From Terriglobia bacterium (GTDB lineage Bacteria; Acidobacteriota; Terriglobia; 20CM-2-55-15), in assembly GCA_965198225.1 (NCBI GenBank), contig CBDAOY010000005.1, positions 480,001 through 544,000 on the forward strand: a stretch of 64,000 nucleotides of DNA, in the 5' to 3' direction. Of the stretch, positions 10,159 through 21,713 are shown piece by piece. How positions within the stretch are numbered: the first letter of the stretch is position 1; every line of letters starts with the position of its first letter. The position numbers were made by a program, and so were the translations under genes. The notes beneath the pieces were generated by a model. The model was not told the origin of the DNA and searched no databases. It was given only the letters and a program-made list of their open reading frames with translations.

Positions 10159-11916
10159 TCAGGCAACGGAGTGTCTCAAGACCTCTCCTGGCAGAGCTTC
10201 TGTCAACTGATTGTTATCGATCACCGGTACGCCGTTGACGATGACATAGGGTATCCCTGCCGGGTATCCCGGCATCGCGTCGTTCTCATACGTGCAAAGA
10301 CTCGCGACGTTGTCGAGATCAAATACGGCGAGATCCGCCCGAAAGCCTTCCTTGATTAGACCTCTGTCCTGGAGGCGCAGGGCGTGTGCCGCCAAAGATG
10401 TCATTTTCCTCACCATGTCCTCAATTGGAACCAGCCTCTCTTCCCGGACCCAGATGAGAGCGTCACTGAATCCACTGTATGCGCTTGGGCGGACCCTTCG
10501 ATCGGATTCACCTGGCTTGGCCGTGCTTCCACCATCGGTACTCGGCATGGCGTTCGACCACATCAACTGGCTATTCCGGTCCTCCATGAGCTTGTTCGCG
10601 ACATGGATCTCCCCGTTTTCCTCGACGAGAATCTCGAAGAGGGCGTCAAGCAGGTCGACCCCCTTCATTTCGGCGATTACATCGAGTGTTTTTCTCTCGT
10701 ATTCGGGGTTCTCAAAACGCCCATTGACTGGGGGGAATATCCAGACGCCATCCCCCCTTCCAGTTCTAATGAGGAGTAGCCGCGCCGTCGTGTTCTCGAA
10801 ACCCATCTCCGCAGGTGACTTCGTGAGCAGTTCTTCCTTCAGTGCAGCCCGCTGCTCCGGGTCTCGCAGCCTTTCGAGGAGGCCCTCTCTTCCGTCTTCG
10901 AAATAGGCAGGGGAGAAGACCGACCGACCTGGCCATCTGGCTACCGAGCCCCAGTTACTGGGAAGGATGTCTACCAGGACGTCGATTCCCTCCTCCCTTG
11001 CGGCGAAGATCAGGTCGTGAACCTTGTCATCGAGGTCTGGATCTCCGGAGTAGGGCGAGTTGCTGCTGAGATGGGAAATCTGGACAACCCTTATTCCAGA
11101 CCTCCTTCCAATCTCAATGGCCTCATCGACCGCCCGATACACGGAACCTTCTTCCCCTGACCACCCGAGAACTTTTGAGCTGAAGTCTCTGAGATGGGTC
11201 GCGTAGATGCCCCCATATTCGGCAGCGACCTTGGCCAGTTCTACAACCTCATCGGTGTGGGCGTAGACACCCGGGGAATATGCGAGACCCGTGGAGAGTC
11301 CTGCTGCGCCCTGTTGTATGGCTTCTCTTACGAGGTCTTTCATCTCGTCGAGCTGCTTCTCGGTGGGTGCACCGTGGTTTCCCTCCATCACGTACCGCCT
11401 CACGGAGCCGTGCCCAACCAGCGTGGCCATGTTCAGGCCGATCCCACTTTGTTCAACCCGATTGAAGTATTCGTCCCAGGTCGACCAGTTGTCGTCCTCG
11501 TCTGGCGCACCTCTACGTGGTACTGGGCTTCCACCACAATTGCCGTTTACCTCTGTGGTGATGCCCTGTCGGATCTTACTTTCCATCCATGGATCAACGA
11601 ACATCCTCGTGTCAGAGTGGCTGTGGACGTCGATAAACCCTGGACTGACGTAGAGTCCGTCGACGTCGATGGCTCTGCCGGCCTTTGTCTCATCCACTCT
11701 GCCGATCTTGCTTATCCGTCCTTGTTTTAGGCCGATATCCGCCTTGAACCACGGGTTACCGGCACCGTCCAGGATTCGGCCGTTTTTTAGAACAAGATCA
11801 TGCGTGTCGGAAGTCGCCTGCTCGCCGGCTTCGCACCCGTACGCAGCGGCGGACACCGCGGCAGCGGACGCCGCGGCGGCGGACGACAAAAACTCTCTTC
11901 TTTTCACTTGAGCCAC
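10159..11916 (-). CDS. N-acyl-D-amino-acid deacylase (D-aminoacylase), Tat-exported
   Basis: KRREFL Tat motif; PGFIDVHSHSD, GNCG, STGLAY and DRGLIKEGFRADL. Confidence 0.9.
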   Translation of the reverse strand: MAQVKRREFLSSAAAASAAAVSAAAYGCEAGEQATSDTHDLVLKNGRILDGAGNPWFKADIGLKQGRISKIGRVDETKAGRAIDVDGLYVSPGFIDVHSHSDTRMFVDPWMESKIRQGITTEVNGNCGGSPVPRRGAPDEDDNWSTWDEYFNRVEQSGIGLNMATLVGHGSVRRYVMEGNHGAPTEKQLDEMKDLVREAIQQGAAGLSTGLAYSPGVYAHTDEVVELAKVAAEYGGIYATHLRDFSSKVLGWSGEEGSVYRAVDEAIEIGRRSGIRVVQISHLSSNSPYSGDPDLDDKVHDLIFAAREEGIDVLVDILPSNWGSVARWPGRSVFSPAYFEDGREGLLERLRDPEQRAALKEELLTKSPAEMGFENTTARLLLIRTGRGDGVWIFPPVNGRFENPEYERKTLDVIAEMKGVDLLDALFEILVEENGEIHVANKLMEDRNSQLMWSNAMPSTDGGSTAKPGESDRRVRPSAYSGFSDALIWVREERLVPIEDMVRKMTSLAAHALRLQDRGLIKEGFRADLAVFDLDNVASLCTYENDAMPGYPAGIPYVIVNGVPVIDNNQLTEALPGEVLRHSVA

Positions 11917-12401
11917 CTCTATCGGAAAGCAGATTATCCGAAAAAACCCTCGGGCAGGAGTCGGTCGGATCGCGGCCGCCGTCCTCTGCTGCCTGGATTC
12001 TGGCGTTCTGCTTCCTGCAAGTCAACATGACAGCCCAACGGCGACGGATCCGCCGTGCGTCTTGCCAAACACTGCACTGCGAACCTCACTTGTTCTGCTT
12101 GTCGACCAGAGTTTTGATCATGACCGCTGGATTTTCACCGGCTACGACCTCGGTGTTGCCATCGACAACGGCTACTCGAAGCGTTCGCGCGGGCCGCACC
12201 CACCGGGCTCGATTCACGTGGCGCGCGCACGACATGGATCGTATTTCCGTTTACTGGAGCCTCGGAATTGCCCTACACTCACCCCATCTTCATATGCCTG
12301 GGCCTCATATTCTGCCTATCCGCTCGAAGCAGCGGGTGCCGACGGGGCGGTAGGTAACCGCGTCCGCCTCTTCTAAACTGCCCTTCAGGAAGGAAGGCCA
12401 C

Positions 12402-14894
12402 ATGAAAGCCCTGACGCTTCTAGTTGCTGTTGCCGCGGTTCTTTTCTCTGGCCCGGCCGGGCGCTTGTTGCTCGAACCCGGCGTGCAAGCGGCGGCAGAA
12501 CCCGGGGCTTCAATGAGTCAGTCCGGTGGCCGCTTCAACTGGCCGTCGTTCCGGGGTCCCAACGCCTCAGGAATCGCCGACGGCCAGGCACCGCCGGTTC
12601 GCTGGAACGCCGCCACGCAGCAAAATGTCGCCTGGAGGACGCCGATCCCGGGTCTCGGCCATTCGAGTCCGGTGGTGTGGAACGACCGCGTCTTCGTCAC
12701 CAGCGCCGTCAGCTCGGATCTGAATTCGGTGTTCAAATTCGGCCGTGACGGAAGCATCGACCGGCGCACCGACACCTCCGAGCACATCTGGACGGTGTAT
12801 GCGCTGGATCGGTACAACGGCGCGGTCTTGTGGCAACACGAGGCCTTCCGGGGCGTGCCGCGAATCCAGCGGCACCCCAAGAACAGCTACGCCTCGGCGA
12901 CACCTGCAACCGACGGCGAGCGCCTGGTCGTGATGTTCGGATCGGAGGGGCTCTATTGCTACGACCTCGGCGGTGAATTGCTGTGGAGCCGCGATCTGGG
13001 GCCCATCGACGGCGGCGCTTCATACGACGATACCTATCACTGGGGGTCTGCCAGCTCGCCGATCATCTATCGGGGCCTGGTCATCGTGCAGGCCGATCAG
13101 CAGGAGGATTCGTTTATCGCCGCCTACGACGTGGTGAGCGGTGACGAGGCGTGGCGCACGGCGCGCGATGTGATCTCGTCGTTCTCCACGCCGACGGTAT
13201 ACGAGGGCGACGACCGAACCGAGCTGATCACCAACGGTCCCGAGAGAATCTACGGCTACGACCCCCTCAGTGGGGAGCTCCTCTGGATGCTGCGCGGCAG
13301 CTCGTTCAACACCACACCGACGCCGGTCATCGGCGACGGCCTGTTCTTTGTGGCGAGCGGCTATCGGATCCGGCCGATTTTCGCGATCCGCCCCGGTGCC
13401 AACGGCGACATCTCGCTGTCGGAGGACGAAAGGGCTAACGAGTTCGTCGCCTGGAGCTCGCCGCGCTTCGGCCCCTACATGACCACGCCGCTGGTGTATC
13501 GCGATCAGCTGTACGTGGTTTCGGACGGGGGCGTGGTGACCACGTTTCAAGCCACCAGTGGCGAACGCGTGTATCAGGCGCGGCTCGGCAACGTCGGCGG
13601 TGCCTACACCGCCTCGCCGATTGCCGCCGAGGGTCGCATCTATGCCGCCAGCGAGGATGGCGACGTGTTCGTGTTCAAGGCCGGCGATGAGCACGAACTT
13701 CTGGCGGTAAACCCGGTCGGCGAGGTGATCTTGGCAACGCCCGCCATCTCGGAGGGGCAGGTATTCGTGCGCACGACGCGGCACCTGTTTGCCTTTGCGG
13801 AAAGCGCATCGCCGGCGACGACGGCCGGCGAATCCAGTGAACCGCCGAACTACCGCGCCTACGATCAACTCGGCATACACGAAGAGAGGTCGGCATCGCT
13901 CAGCTTCGGCGATATCGACGGCGATGGAGATCGGGATATCGTAGTTGCCAACGGCCGGCACTGGCCGGGCCGGAGCCGCATATTCGTGAACAACGGAACC
14001 GGCGGCTTCACCGTCGAGCGCCCGCTCGGTGAGGATGCCGCCACCAGCTACGCAACGGCGATTGCCGACCTCGACTACGACGGCGATCTCGACGTCGCCG
14101 TCGGCAACGACCTCGCTCCGAACCTCGTGTACTGGAACAACGGCGACGGCCGCTTCACGCCGGGTCCGTCTTTCGGTGGGATCGACAGCACGCGCAGCAT
14201 CTTGCTGGCCGATCTCGATGGCGATGCGCGCATCGACATTCTGGTGAACAACCGGGGCATGGAAAACGGCATTTACTTTAACGATCGGGGTCCGATCTTC
14301 GAGCGACGGGGATCGTTCGGCAACCGGGCCGACTCGACGATCGACGTCGCCGCGGCCGATCTGAACGGCGACGACTACCTGGACCTGGCGTTGGCCAATC
14401 GCGACGGCCAGCCCAACGTGGTTTATTTCAACGACGGTGAAGGCTCCTTCCCGACCTCGCGTCCGTACGGCACCGGCAGCGACGAGACCCGCGCCGTGGA
14501 GGTCGCCGATCTCGACGGCGACGGCCACCTCGACATCATCAACGGCAACATCGAGGAGGCCAACGCGGTGTATTTCGGCGATGGGGCAGGGAGCTTCGAG
14601 CGTCGCGTGACGTTCGGGCGCGACGACGGCCGTACATACACGCTGGCGGTGGCTGACATGGATCGCGACGGCGCGCTCGATATCGTCGTCGGCAACGCCG
14701 GGCAAGCCAACACGATGTTCCTGAATCGTGACCAGGGACGGCGCTTCGAGGCCGTCACGCTCGGTGATCCGAAACTCGTGACCTACGGCATCGCCCTGGC
14801 CGACATCGATGGTGACGGTATTCCGGAAATCGCTACCGCGAACTCCGACGGCCCCAATATGTTGTACCGACGGGGGCCGCGCCAGCGCCGGTGA
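12402..14894 (+). CDS. Secreted PQQ-like beta-propeller fused to FG-GAP/VCBS repeats
   Basis: WPSFRGP, GHSSPVVW and YTASP in the N-terminal half; seven DxDGDGxxD-type repeats in the C-terminal half. Confidence 0.85.
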   Translation: MKALTLLVAVAAVLFSGPAGRLLLEPGVQAAAEPGASMSQSGGRFNWPSFRGPNASGIADGQAPPVRWNAATQQNVAWRTPIPGLGHSSPVVWNDRVFVTSAVSSDLNSVFKFGRDGSIDRRTDTSEHIWTVYALDRYNGAVLWQHEAFRGVPRIQRHPKNSYASATPATDGERLVVMFGSEGLYCYDLGGELLWSRDLGPIDGGASYDDTYHWGSASSPIIYRGLVIVQADQQEDSFIAAYDVVSGDEAWRTARDVISSFSTPTVYEGDDRTELITNGPERIYGYDPLSGELLWMLRGSSFNTTPTPVIGDGLFFVASGYRIRPIFAIRPGANGDISLSEDERANEFVAWSSPRFGPYMTTPLVYRDQLYVVSDGGVVTTFQATSGERVYQARLGNVGGAYTASPIAAEGRIYAASEDGDVFVFKAGDEHELLAVNPVGEVILATPAISEGQVFVRTTRHLFAFAESASPATTAGESSEPPNYRAYDQLGIHEERSASLSFGDIDGDGDRDIVVANGRHWPGRSRIFVNNGTGGFTVERPLGEDAATSYATAIADLDYDGDLDVAVGNDLAPNLVYWNNGDGRFTPGPSFGGIDSTRSILLADLDGDARIDILVNNRGMENGIYFNDRGPIFERRGSFGNRADSTIDVAAADLNGDDYLDLALANRDGQPNVVYFNDGEGSFPTSRPYGTGSDETRAVEVADLDGDGHLDIINGNIEEANAVYFGDGAGSFERRVTFGRDDGRTYTLAVADMDRDGALDIVVGNAGQANTMFLNRDQGRRFEAVTLGDPKLVTYGIALADIDGDGIPEIATANSDGPNMLYRRGPRQRR

Positions 14895-15015
14895 CCGATC
14901 AACCCTCCAGCCGCACCGATGTCGCTCGACGCCCGGTGTGGCCTGGAGGCGGGCACCTGATTCTATATGGACGAGTAGTCGTGCCGCCTCCCTCCCGAGT
15001 CCGCTCGAGAAGCCG

Positions 15016-15129
15016 ACAGGCTCGCATGGTTTGAGCGCGAAGCTAAACTGCTCGCGTCGTTGAACCATCCCAACATCGCAGTATCCATGGGTTCGAGGAA
15101 AACGACGGCACGCACTGGTCATGGAACTG
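15016..15129 (+). pseudogene. Ser/Thr protein kinase fragment
   Basis: Translates with frameshifts as DRLAWFEREAKLLASLNHPNIA.IHGFEENDGTH..VMEL. Confidence 0.75.
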
Positions 15130-15179
15130 AGGCGAGTTGGCACTGTCCGCCTATACAACGTTCGGCATAGAAGGACCAT

Positions 15180-15791
15180 ATGGATCGGCACTCGATAGTC
15201 CTAAGGGCCGCCAACCCCACGTTCGATGAAGGTCTGGCATGCGCCCACTACCTTGACGAAGCAGCCGAGGGGTTCTTTCGTTTAATGCTCGGTCGCCGCG
15301 CCGGGCACATAATCGCCACGGCGTTCCTCGAGCCCGACCACGACCTCTCCCACCAGTATGTGACTTTCGCAGAACGTGACGACATCATCGTGGGAATGGT
15401 ATTGGCGTACACGGCGGCGCAGCATCGCCGCTCCTCGCGCCAGCCCCTGAAGCGGGCTGCCGGAAGGCTTAATCTACGAATGAGGATCGTGGAAATACTG
15501 TTTGCTCCAATGATGCGGATTGTCGATTCAATCGCCGATGGCGATTTCTACCTCCTGTCCATCGCTGTTGATAAGGAACTTCGCGGCGATGGCGTCGGCT
15601 CCGTCTTGATGGACTTCGTTGAAGAGCGGGCCCGCGCCAGCGGATCGACTCGACTATCCCTCGACGTTTCAGCTAGGAATGAGGGAGCTTGCCGATTCTA
15701 CGAGCGCCGCGGGATGAACGTCGAGTCGCAGTGGCCGAAGCGATTCTCTATGCCGGGATTGACGTTCTATCGAATGACAAAGGGGCTCTGA
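15180..15791 (+). CDS. GNAT family N-acetyltransferase
   Basis: IAVDKELRGDGVGSVL (motif A) and NEGACRFYERRG. Confidence 0.9.
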   Translation: MDRHSIVLRAANPTFDEGLACAHYLDEAAEGFFRLMLGRRAGHIIATAFLEPDHDLSHQYVTFAERDDIIVGMVLAYTAAQHRRSSRQPLKRAAGRLNLRMRIVEILFAPMMRIVDSIADGDFYLLSIAVDKELRGDGVGSVLMDFVEERARASGSTRLSLDVSARNEGACRFYERRGMNVESQWPKRFSMPGLTFYRMTKGL

Positions 15792-15826
15792 GCCTTCAAC
15801 GGGGAAGGGCTGAAGGGAGTAGCATC

Positions 15827-16564
15827 ATGAGTCACTACGTACTCGTTCACGGCGCCTGGGAAGGTGCTTGGTCTTGGGAAAAGGTTGTCCCTCTCCTTGA
15901 GGAGAAGGGGCACGAAGTCGTCACCGTCGAGCTTCCAGGCAGCTCGAGCAACAGGAAACCGGTTGACAAGGTCACCCAGTACGCCTATGTGACAGCGGTC
16001 GCGGAGGTGCTCGCAAACATCGACGGAAAAGTGGTGCTCGTCGGCCACAGCTTGGGCGGCACGATCATCTCCCAGGTGGCCGAGCGGTTCCCGGAACGCA
16101 TCGAGCGGCTCGTCTACGTGACGGCGTTCTTGCTCAAGAGCGGCGAAAACGCGCTTGAAACGATGCAGAGCGACCCAGCGGGTCAGCTCCTGCCAAAGCT
16201 TGTCTTCGCCGAGGACGAGTCCTACGCGGCGGTGCCCGAAGACGTATGGCGTGACGTCGCGTTCCACGACGCCCCGGCTGCCGCTATCGAAGCGGCGCTG
16301 CCCAGGCTCGCCGAGAAGCAGGCCACCGAACCCTTCCTTGCTAACCTCGAGCTCACCGACGAGCGTTTCGGCTCCGTACCCAAGTTCTACGTCCGCACCG
16401 GGATCGACCGCATCCTCACGCCGGCGCTCCAGGAGCGCATGATTCGAAACTGGCCTGTCGAGCAGGTCGTGACCCTCGAGGCCGGTCACTTCCCTCTGCT
16501 ATCTGTGCCCGCTGAGTTGGCGAGCGCGCTCCTGTCGCTCGGCGCCAGCGCAGGGGCTGCGTAG
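15827..16564 (+). CDS. Alpha/beta hydrolase (methylesterase-like)
   Basis: VLVHGAW, GHSLGG and AGHFP; GGGAG RBS before ATG 15827. Confidence 0.9.
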   Translation: MSHYVLVHGAWEGAWSWEKVVPLLEEKGHEVVTVELPGSSSNRKPVDKVTQYAYVTAVAEVLANIDGKVVLVGHSLGGTIISQVAERFPERIERLVYVTAFLLKSGENALETMQSDPAGQLLPKLVFAEDESYAAVPEDVWRDVAFHDAPAAAIEAALPRLAEKQATEPFLANLELTDERFGSVPKFYVRTGIDRILTPALQERMIRNWPVEQVVTLEAGHFPLLSVPAELASALLSLGASAGAA

Positions 16565-16717
16565 CCGGGCAATGTGCTTGGTCGTGGGAAAGGTTATCAC
16601 CTCCACCGTGGACGGGTATCGGGGCCTGAGGGCACGGATCTGATCCAGCCATGAGGGGCACAAGACACCGTGGGCTTCAGCCAGCTCACAAACGCCCGGT
16701 TCAGTCCGCCATGTTTG

Positions 16718-16890
16718 CTAGGTGCCCAACTGAGCGATTGCCTCGTCTGTGCTCCATACGGCATTCGCGATGAAACGGAAGTTCGTGATGGCGGCAAGAT
16801 AGCCATCACCATCCGGGATCTTCGCGGCCGCGGTTGCGTCCCTGACGACCGCAACCTCGAAGCCGAGTTCCAACAGCTCCCTGAGCGCCA
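16718..16890 (-). pseudogene. C-terminal fragment of an isochorismatase-like cysteine hydrolase
   Basis: RELLELGFEVAVVRDATAA...NFRFIANAVWST with no N-terminal part. Confidence 0.65.
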
Positions 16891-17036
16891 ACTCCTTCCT
16901 CCCATGGTATCCACCGGGCGGAGCGGTTTGATCACATCGACGATTGGCAGAACCTGAGCTGTAGCGGCCGGCAGCACCGGGACACATTCACTGTTTCCGG
17001 TGGCACGGGCCGCGGGTATAACATTGACATCAACCC

Positions 17037-18879
17037 ATGAAATCCAAGAGCATCAGAGCGGCCTGTCTGCTGCTGAGCTTCCTCGCCCTCGCGCAAACGG
17101 CGAGCGCGCAACGGCGGTATGCGGTCGAGGCGATCGTCGTCGATGTGACCGTCCAGGCGGATGGCTCGATGGAGATCCGTGAGGCCCTCTCCTACGACTT
17201 CCGCGGCCGCTTCACCTTCGCGTTTCGCGACATCCCTCGGGGCGCCTCCGGCGAGGGAGCTCGGTAAGTCTCGCGTCAGCGAAAACGGACGCGACTACCG
17301 CGAATCGGACTCGAACGAACCCGGCACGTTCTTCATCACACAGGAAGCTGCGACGACGCGGGTGACGTGGTACTACCGGGCGGACAGCGAGCGCCGGACG
17401 TTCGACTTCGCCTACACGATCGCGGGAGGCGTTCGGCGCTATCCAGACACGGCCGAGTTCTACTACAAGTTCGTCGGCGACGACTGGGATCGCCCGATCG
17501 GTAACGTGCGCGCGACGGTCCGGTTCCCGTCTCCGCCCGCGTTTACCGATCTCCGGGCATGGGCCCACGGCCCCCTGAACGGCTCGGCACGGATCAATGC
17601 GGACGGCACCGTGGCATTCGACGTATCGCCTCTGCCCGCCGGCCAGTTCTGGGAAGGTCGGCTCCTGTTTCCCGCGACCCTCGTGGCCGACCTGGCGCTC
17701 GCCTCCAGTGATCCTAGAGTCGACCAGGTCTTGAACGAGGAGCGCGTGTGGGTCGAAGAAGCCAATGCCCGGCGCGAAGCCAATCAGCGACGACTCGAGG
17801 AACAAGCGGCCCTCAGAGCCAGCCGCGACGAGCTGGCGGGACGGTTTTTCCCGCTCGCGTTGGCACTCGTGCCCGTGGGCCTGCTGGCGTGGTTTCTGGC
17901 CTTTCGGCGTTACGACCGCCCACACGACGTTCCCGTGCACGCGGTTCCCGGCGAGTTCCCGAGCGATCACACACCCGCCATCCTCGCTTACCTCATGTCC
18001 CGGAATGTGGGCGCCTCGTGTATCGTCGCGACCCTGTTGGATCTGGCGCATCGGGGACACTTCCAGATTCGTGAGACGGTCGAGATCAGGCGCGGCTTCT
18101 TCGGCGAGAAACGTGCTGTGGACTACCGGTTTGAACGCACGGAGAAGCCACTCGACGAGTTGCAGCCCTTCGAGCGCGATCTCGTCGACTTCCTCCTGGG
18201 CCAGAGCGACTCGTCGACCGGGTTCGCGGTGTCGGTGATCCGGAAGACGGCGTCCAAGCGAAGTCGGGAGTTCCACAAGTGGTTCGCGGCCTGGCTGAAG
18301 AAAGTCAAAGCGAGCGGTGAAGTGCTCGACTTCTACGAACCGTACGCGGTCGGCTCCATGGTTCGAAACGCCGGGATCGGCGTGGCGATGGTGGTCGCCG
18401 GCATTCTCTTTAGCGTGGTGTCGCAGTCGCCGGCGGGTCTTCCTGCGATCATTGGAGGCGTCCTCGTCGCCGGTCTCACCGCGACCCTGAACCGAAGAAC
18501 CGTCGAAGGCCGCCGGCTCTATCTCGCTTGGACGGGGTTCCGTTCGCATCTCAAGTCGCTGGGGCGATCCCTCGGATCCGTTTCACTCGATGCCGACACC
18601 TGGGGACGGTACCTTGCGGCTTCAGTGGTCTTCGGCATGCACAAGAAACTCCTGCCCAAACTGCAGCCGATCGACGAGCACGGCCAGCCTGCGAGTCCCG
18701 TGTTCTTCGTCGGCGGGCCTGGAGATTCGTTCGGCGACAGCGTTTCGTCGCTGGCTTCGAGCGTTTCCTCGATGGTCACGTCGGTATCGACGTCGATGAG
18801 CTCCGCGTCCGGCGCCGGGGGTGGTGCGAGCGGAGGCGGCGGTGGCGGTGCGGGGGGCGGCGGGGGTGGCGCCGGCTAG
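17037..18879 (+). CDS. DUF2207 family membrane protein, frameshift at ~17255
   Basis: Signal peptide and DVTVQADGSMEIRE in 17037..17267 continue in frame 17161..18879 (WAHGP, ATLLDLAHRG, Gly-rich tail). Confidence 0.85.
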
Positions 18880-19018
18880 TCGTCCGAGGGTTTCTGGAGT
18901 GTCCGTGACTGCTGCGCCGGATTGTCCGACAAACGGAAAGGTCCCCGTCTACACAGCCGGCTGAAATTGCCTGCGCTAAACGTCGGTCGGGAATTTCTTA
19001 CGTCTTGGCAAGAAGCAC

Positions 19019-21304
19019 CTAAGGACGGTAACGGTTCAGGATTTCTTGGAATCGCGGATCGGAGCGAAAAGGATCAAAATGGACTTCATCGAAGAATGTG
19101 AAATCATCAAAACCGTCGGCCAAAGCCCCTTCTAGCTCGACAAGAGAGCGTTCCGTGTCTCCCAGGCCGGCATAGACGGCGCTCATTCGCACCTGCGCTG
19201 ACCCTGGGCGACCACCCAATTCGCGAGCTCTTTCGAACGGCCCCAGGGCCTGTTCGTAGTTGTCCAAAGCCAGGTGTGCTAGGCCGAGCCGAAACCAAGC
19301 GACGCCACGACCTGGTTCCAGTCTCAAAGCATGTTCGAACTCGGTTATGGCTTCCTCGTGGCGCTCCTGCTCGAAAAGCGCGCGGCCGAGCTGGTGATAC
19401 GCCTCGAAGTAATCCGGGTCATGCCGAATCGCGTTGCGCGCTGCCGTTTCCGCCGCCTCGAACTCATTCCCCCCGCTGCACGCCGCAGCGAGCTCGCACC
19501 AAGTGAACGCGTCGTCGGGGTTCAGACTTACGGCCCGCTCGTATTCATCGATGGAGCGTCCATAATCCCGTCTGCTGAAAAAGACTTGCCCCAGGACGAT
19601 GTACGCTTCCGAGAGCTCCGGGTCGAGAGCGAGGGCCTCGAGAGCAAACTCTTCCGCCCTCTGCAAACGTTCAGGGCTGCGGTCGTATCCGAAATAGCGA
19701 TATAACCACTCGGCGGCGCCCAGACCCGCCAAGGCCAGGGGATACCTGCTGTCCAACGCGAGAGCCTGTTCGAAATATTCCTGGGCAGCATCAATCCGCG
19801 CCTCAGGGAAGTCGAGAACAGTATGGGCCGACTGTACCAGTGACCAACCTCGAAGATATGTATCGTAGGCCTTGGAGTTTTCGGTATGGCGGACGCTGAC
19901 CCTCGCGGTTTCCTCGGGGCTCAATTGGAGATCCAAGGCCGCGGCGATCTCTAATGCCACCTCTTCCTGCAGACCGAACACATCGTCCAGCTCTCCCTCG
20001 AAATCGTCTGACCAGAGCTGGAAACTGGTTCCGGCGTCGATCAACTGCGCACTGACGCGGACGCGACCTCCAGCCCTGCGGACACTCCCCTCGACGACGT
20101 GCGTAAGACCGAGTTCCTCAGCAATTTCCGTAATGCTTCCGATCCTCTCCCTGAAGTGGGCCGCGGATCTCCGTGAAGCAACCTGGAGACCCTGGATTCG
20201 GGATAGCTTGCTGACGAGTTCTTCTGTCATCCCGTCGCTGAAATACTGGTTTTCAGGGTCGGCACTCAGGTTTTCGAACGGGAACACGGCTAAAGAAGGA
20301 GATTCCTCTGTTATCGGAGACAGCGAGACGTCTCCATCGAAGACAGCTGCGATCCTCTCCCGCAAGTTCCCGACGTCCCATACGAGTAGTGTTACCACCA
20401 GCAGGACGATCGCGACGCCGATCAGTTGTAGTCTCCAACGCAGTGGTCCCCCATCTCCAGAAACAGCCTCCGTTGCGCCCATGCGCCGGAAGTCGGCCAT
20501 AATCTCCCGAGCAGACTGATAACGATGTTCGCGGTTCTTTTCAAGGCACTTCAGGATGAGTTCTTCCAATCGCACCGGCAGATCTGTGTTGGTCCTGCTT
20601 GGGGGTGCTGGCGATCTGTGCACGATGTCGTCGGCCAATCGAGTAGAGATCGCTTCGGGGAACGGTCTGCGGCCGGTCGCCATCTCGTACAGAACGGCGC
20701 CCAATCCGTACAGGTCGGTACGTGGGTCTATCTCCTCCGCCCGCACTTGCTCCGGGGCCATGTAGGGAAGCGTGCCGGTCACTGCATCTGTTTCGGTTAA
20801 CAGGCTCCGCGTTTCGGCTTCTTCCCTTCTCGGCCCAGTCAGCTTAGCCAGGCCGAAGTCCAGGATTTTCGCCTCGCCGCGAGCTGTTACGAATATGTTC
20901 GCCGGCTTCAGATCGCGGTGGACGATGCCCTTATCGTGGGCAGCATCGAGAGCATCGGCCAGCTGAAGGCCCCACTCGACCACTTTTTCACTCGACAGTT
21001 TTCGGCCGGCGATGTGGTCCTTCAATGTCTGACCTTCAAGCAGCTCCATCACAAGGAACTGTCGGCCCTCGTGCTCGTCGATGTCGTGGATCGTACAGAT
21101 ATGAGGATGATTCAGCCCGGATGCGGCTCGGGCCTCACGCCGGAATCTCTCGATGGCTGTCGGGTCGCGTGAGAATTCTCCGGGGAGGAACTTGAGAGCA
21201 ACTTGCCGGCGAAGCTTGAGATCCTCGGCACGGTACACTTCCCCCATGCCGCCCTGTCCGATCTTCTCAAGGATCTTGTAGTGGCTGACGGTTTGGCCGA
21301 CCAT
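19019..21304 (-). CDS. Ser/Thr protein kinase with TM, TolB-like domain and TPR repeats
   Basis: MVGQTVSHY start; [17 protein letters not shown] and DFG; [11 protein letters not shown]; TPRs. Confidence 0.92.
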   Translation of the reverse strand: MVGQTVSHYKILEKIGQGGMGEVYRAEDLKLRRQVALKFLPGEFSRDPTAIERFRREARAASGLNHPHICTIHDIDEHEGRQFLVMELLEGQTLKDHIAGRKLSSEKVVEWGLQLADALDAAHDKGIVHRDLKPANIFVTARGEAKILDFGLAKLTGPRREEAETRSLLTETDAVTGTLPYMAPEQVRAEEIDPRTDLYGLGAVLYEMATGRRPFPEAISTRLADDIVHRSPAPPSRTNTDLPVRLEELILKCLEKNREHRYQSAREIMADFRRMGATEAVSGDGGPLRWRLQLIGVAIVLLVVTLLVWDVGNLRERIAAVFDGDVSLSPITEESPSLAVFPFENLSADPENQYFSDGMTEELVSKLSRIQGLQVASRRSAAHFRERIGSITEIAEELGLTHVVEGSVRRAGGRVRVSAQLIDAGTSFQLWSDDFEGELDDVFGLQEEVALEIAAALDLQLSPEETARVSVRHTENSKAYDTYLRGWSLVQSAHTVLDFPEARIDAAQEYFEQALALDSRYPLALAGLGAAEWLYRYFGYDRSPERLQRAEEFALEALALDPELSEAYIVLGQVFFSRRDYGRSIDEYERAVSLNPDDAFTWCELAAACSGGNEFEAAETAARNAIRHDPDYFEAYHQLGRALFEQERHEEAITEFEHALRLEPGRGVAWFRLGLAHLALDNYEQALGPFERARELGGRPGSAQVRMSAVYAGLGDTERSLVELEGALADGFDDFTFFDEVHFDPFRSDPRFQEILNRYRP

Positions 21305-21463
21305 GGTCGCGCTCCCAATGAGTGGGTCGTCCGATGATAAACGACTGAAGGGCAGTAGACAAATCAACGAGTGTCTGCTCAGAAAATCTCCGCCTGTTAA
21401 GAAGGCGAAGCATCCAATACAAAACTTGCCCTTCAACGCCAATCTTAACTTCGCGTTCACTTG

Positions 21464-21713
21464 ATCGCGGTAGGGATGCCGGTCACCCGGCACCCCCCGC
21501 AGATCCGCACGTGCGGAACTACCGCATACGGCTCCTACCTCGGATGGTTGCGGCGATACAACGTGCCGCACACCGAACAACCCCTGGGACACGGACAACG
21601 CCCGCTCTGAGTCGGGACCGTGTGGAATTGGAACGATGTTCTCCTTGGTCCACGCCCTTCCCTCCCCAACCTCCGCCGAGTACTCATCCTCTTTGTTCGG
21701 CTGGTTCACAGGT
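21464..21713 (-). ncRNA. 3' half (D3-D6) of an ORF-less group II intron, host of the nested intron
   Basis: D3-like ACCTGTGAACCAGCCGAAC...GGAGGGAAGGG; D5 GAGCCGTATGCGGTAGTTCCGCACGTGCGGATC; D6 ending CCCTACCGCGAT. Confidence 0.8.

Noticed and set aside
12027-12376. Short ORFs upstream of the PQQ-propeller gene
   Set aside because: No recognisable motif or RBS; cannot be supported as genes
13020-15191. Long antisense ORFs (also 5754..7127, 17212..18549, 25118..26500, 62386..63387)
   Set aside because: Shadow frames of GC-rich genes on the opposite strand, with no recognisable motifs
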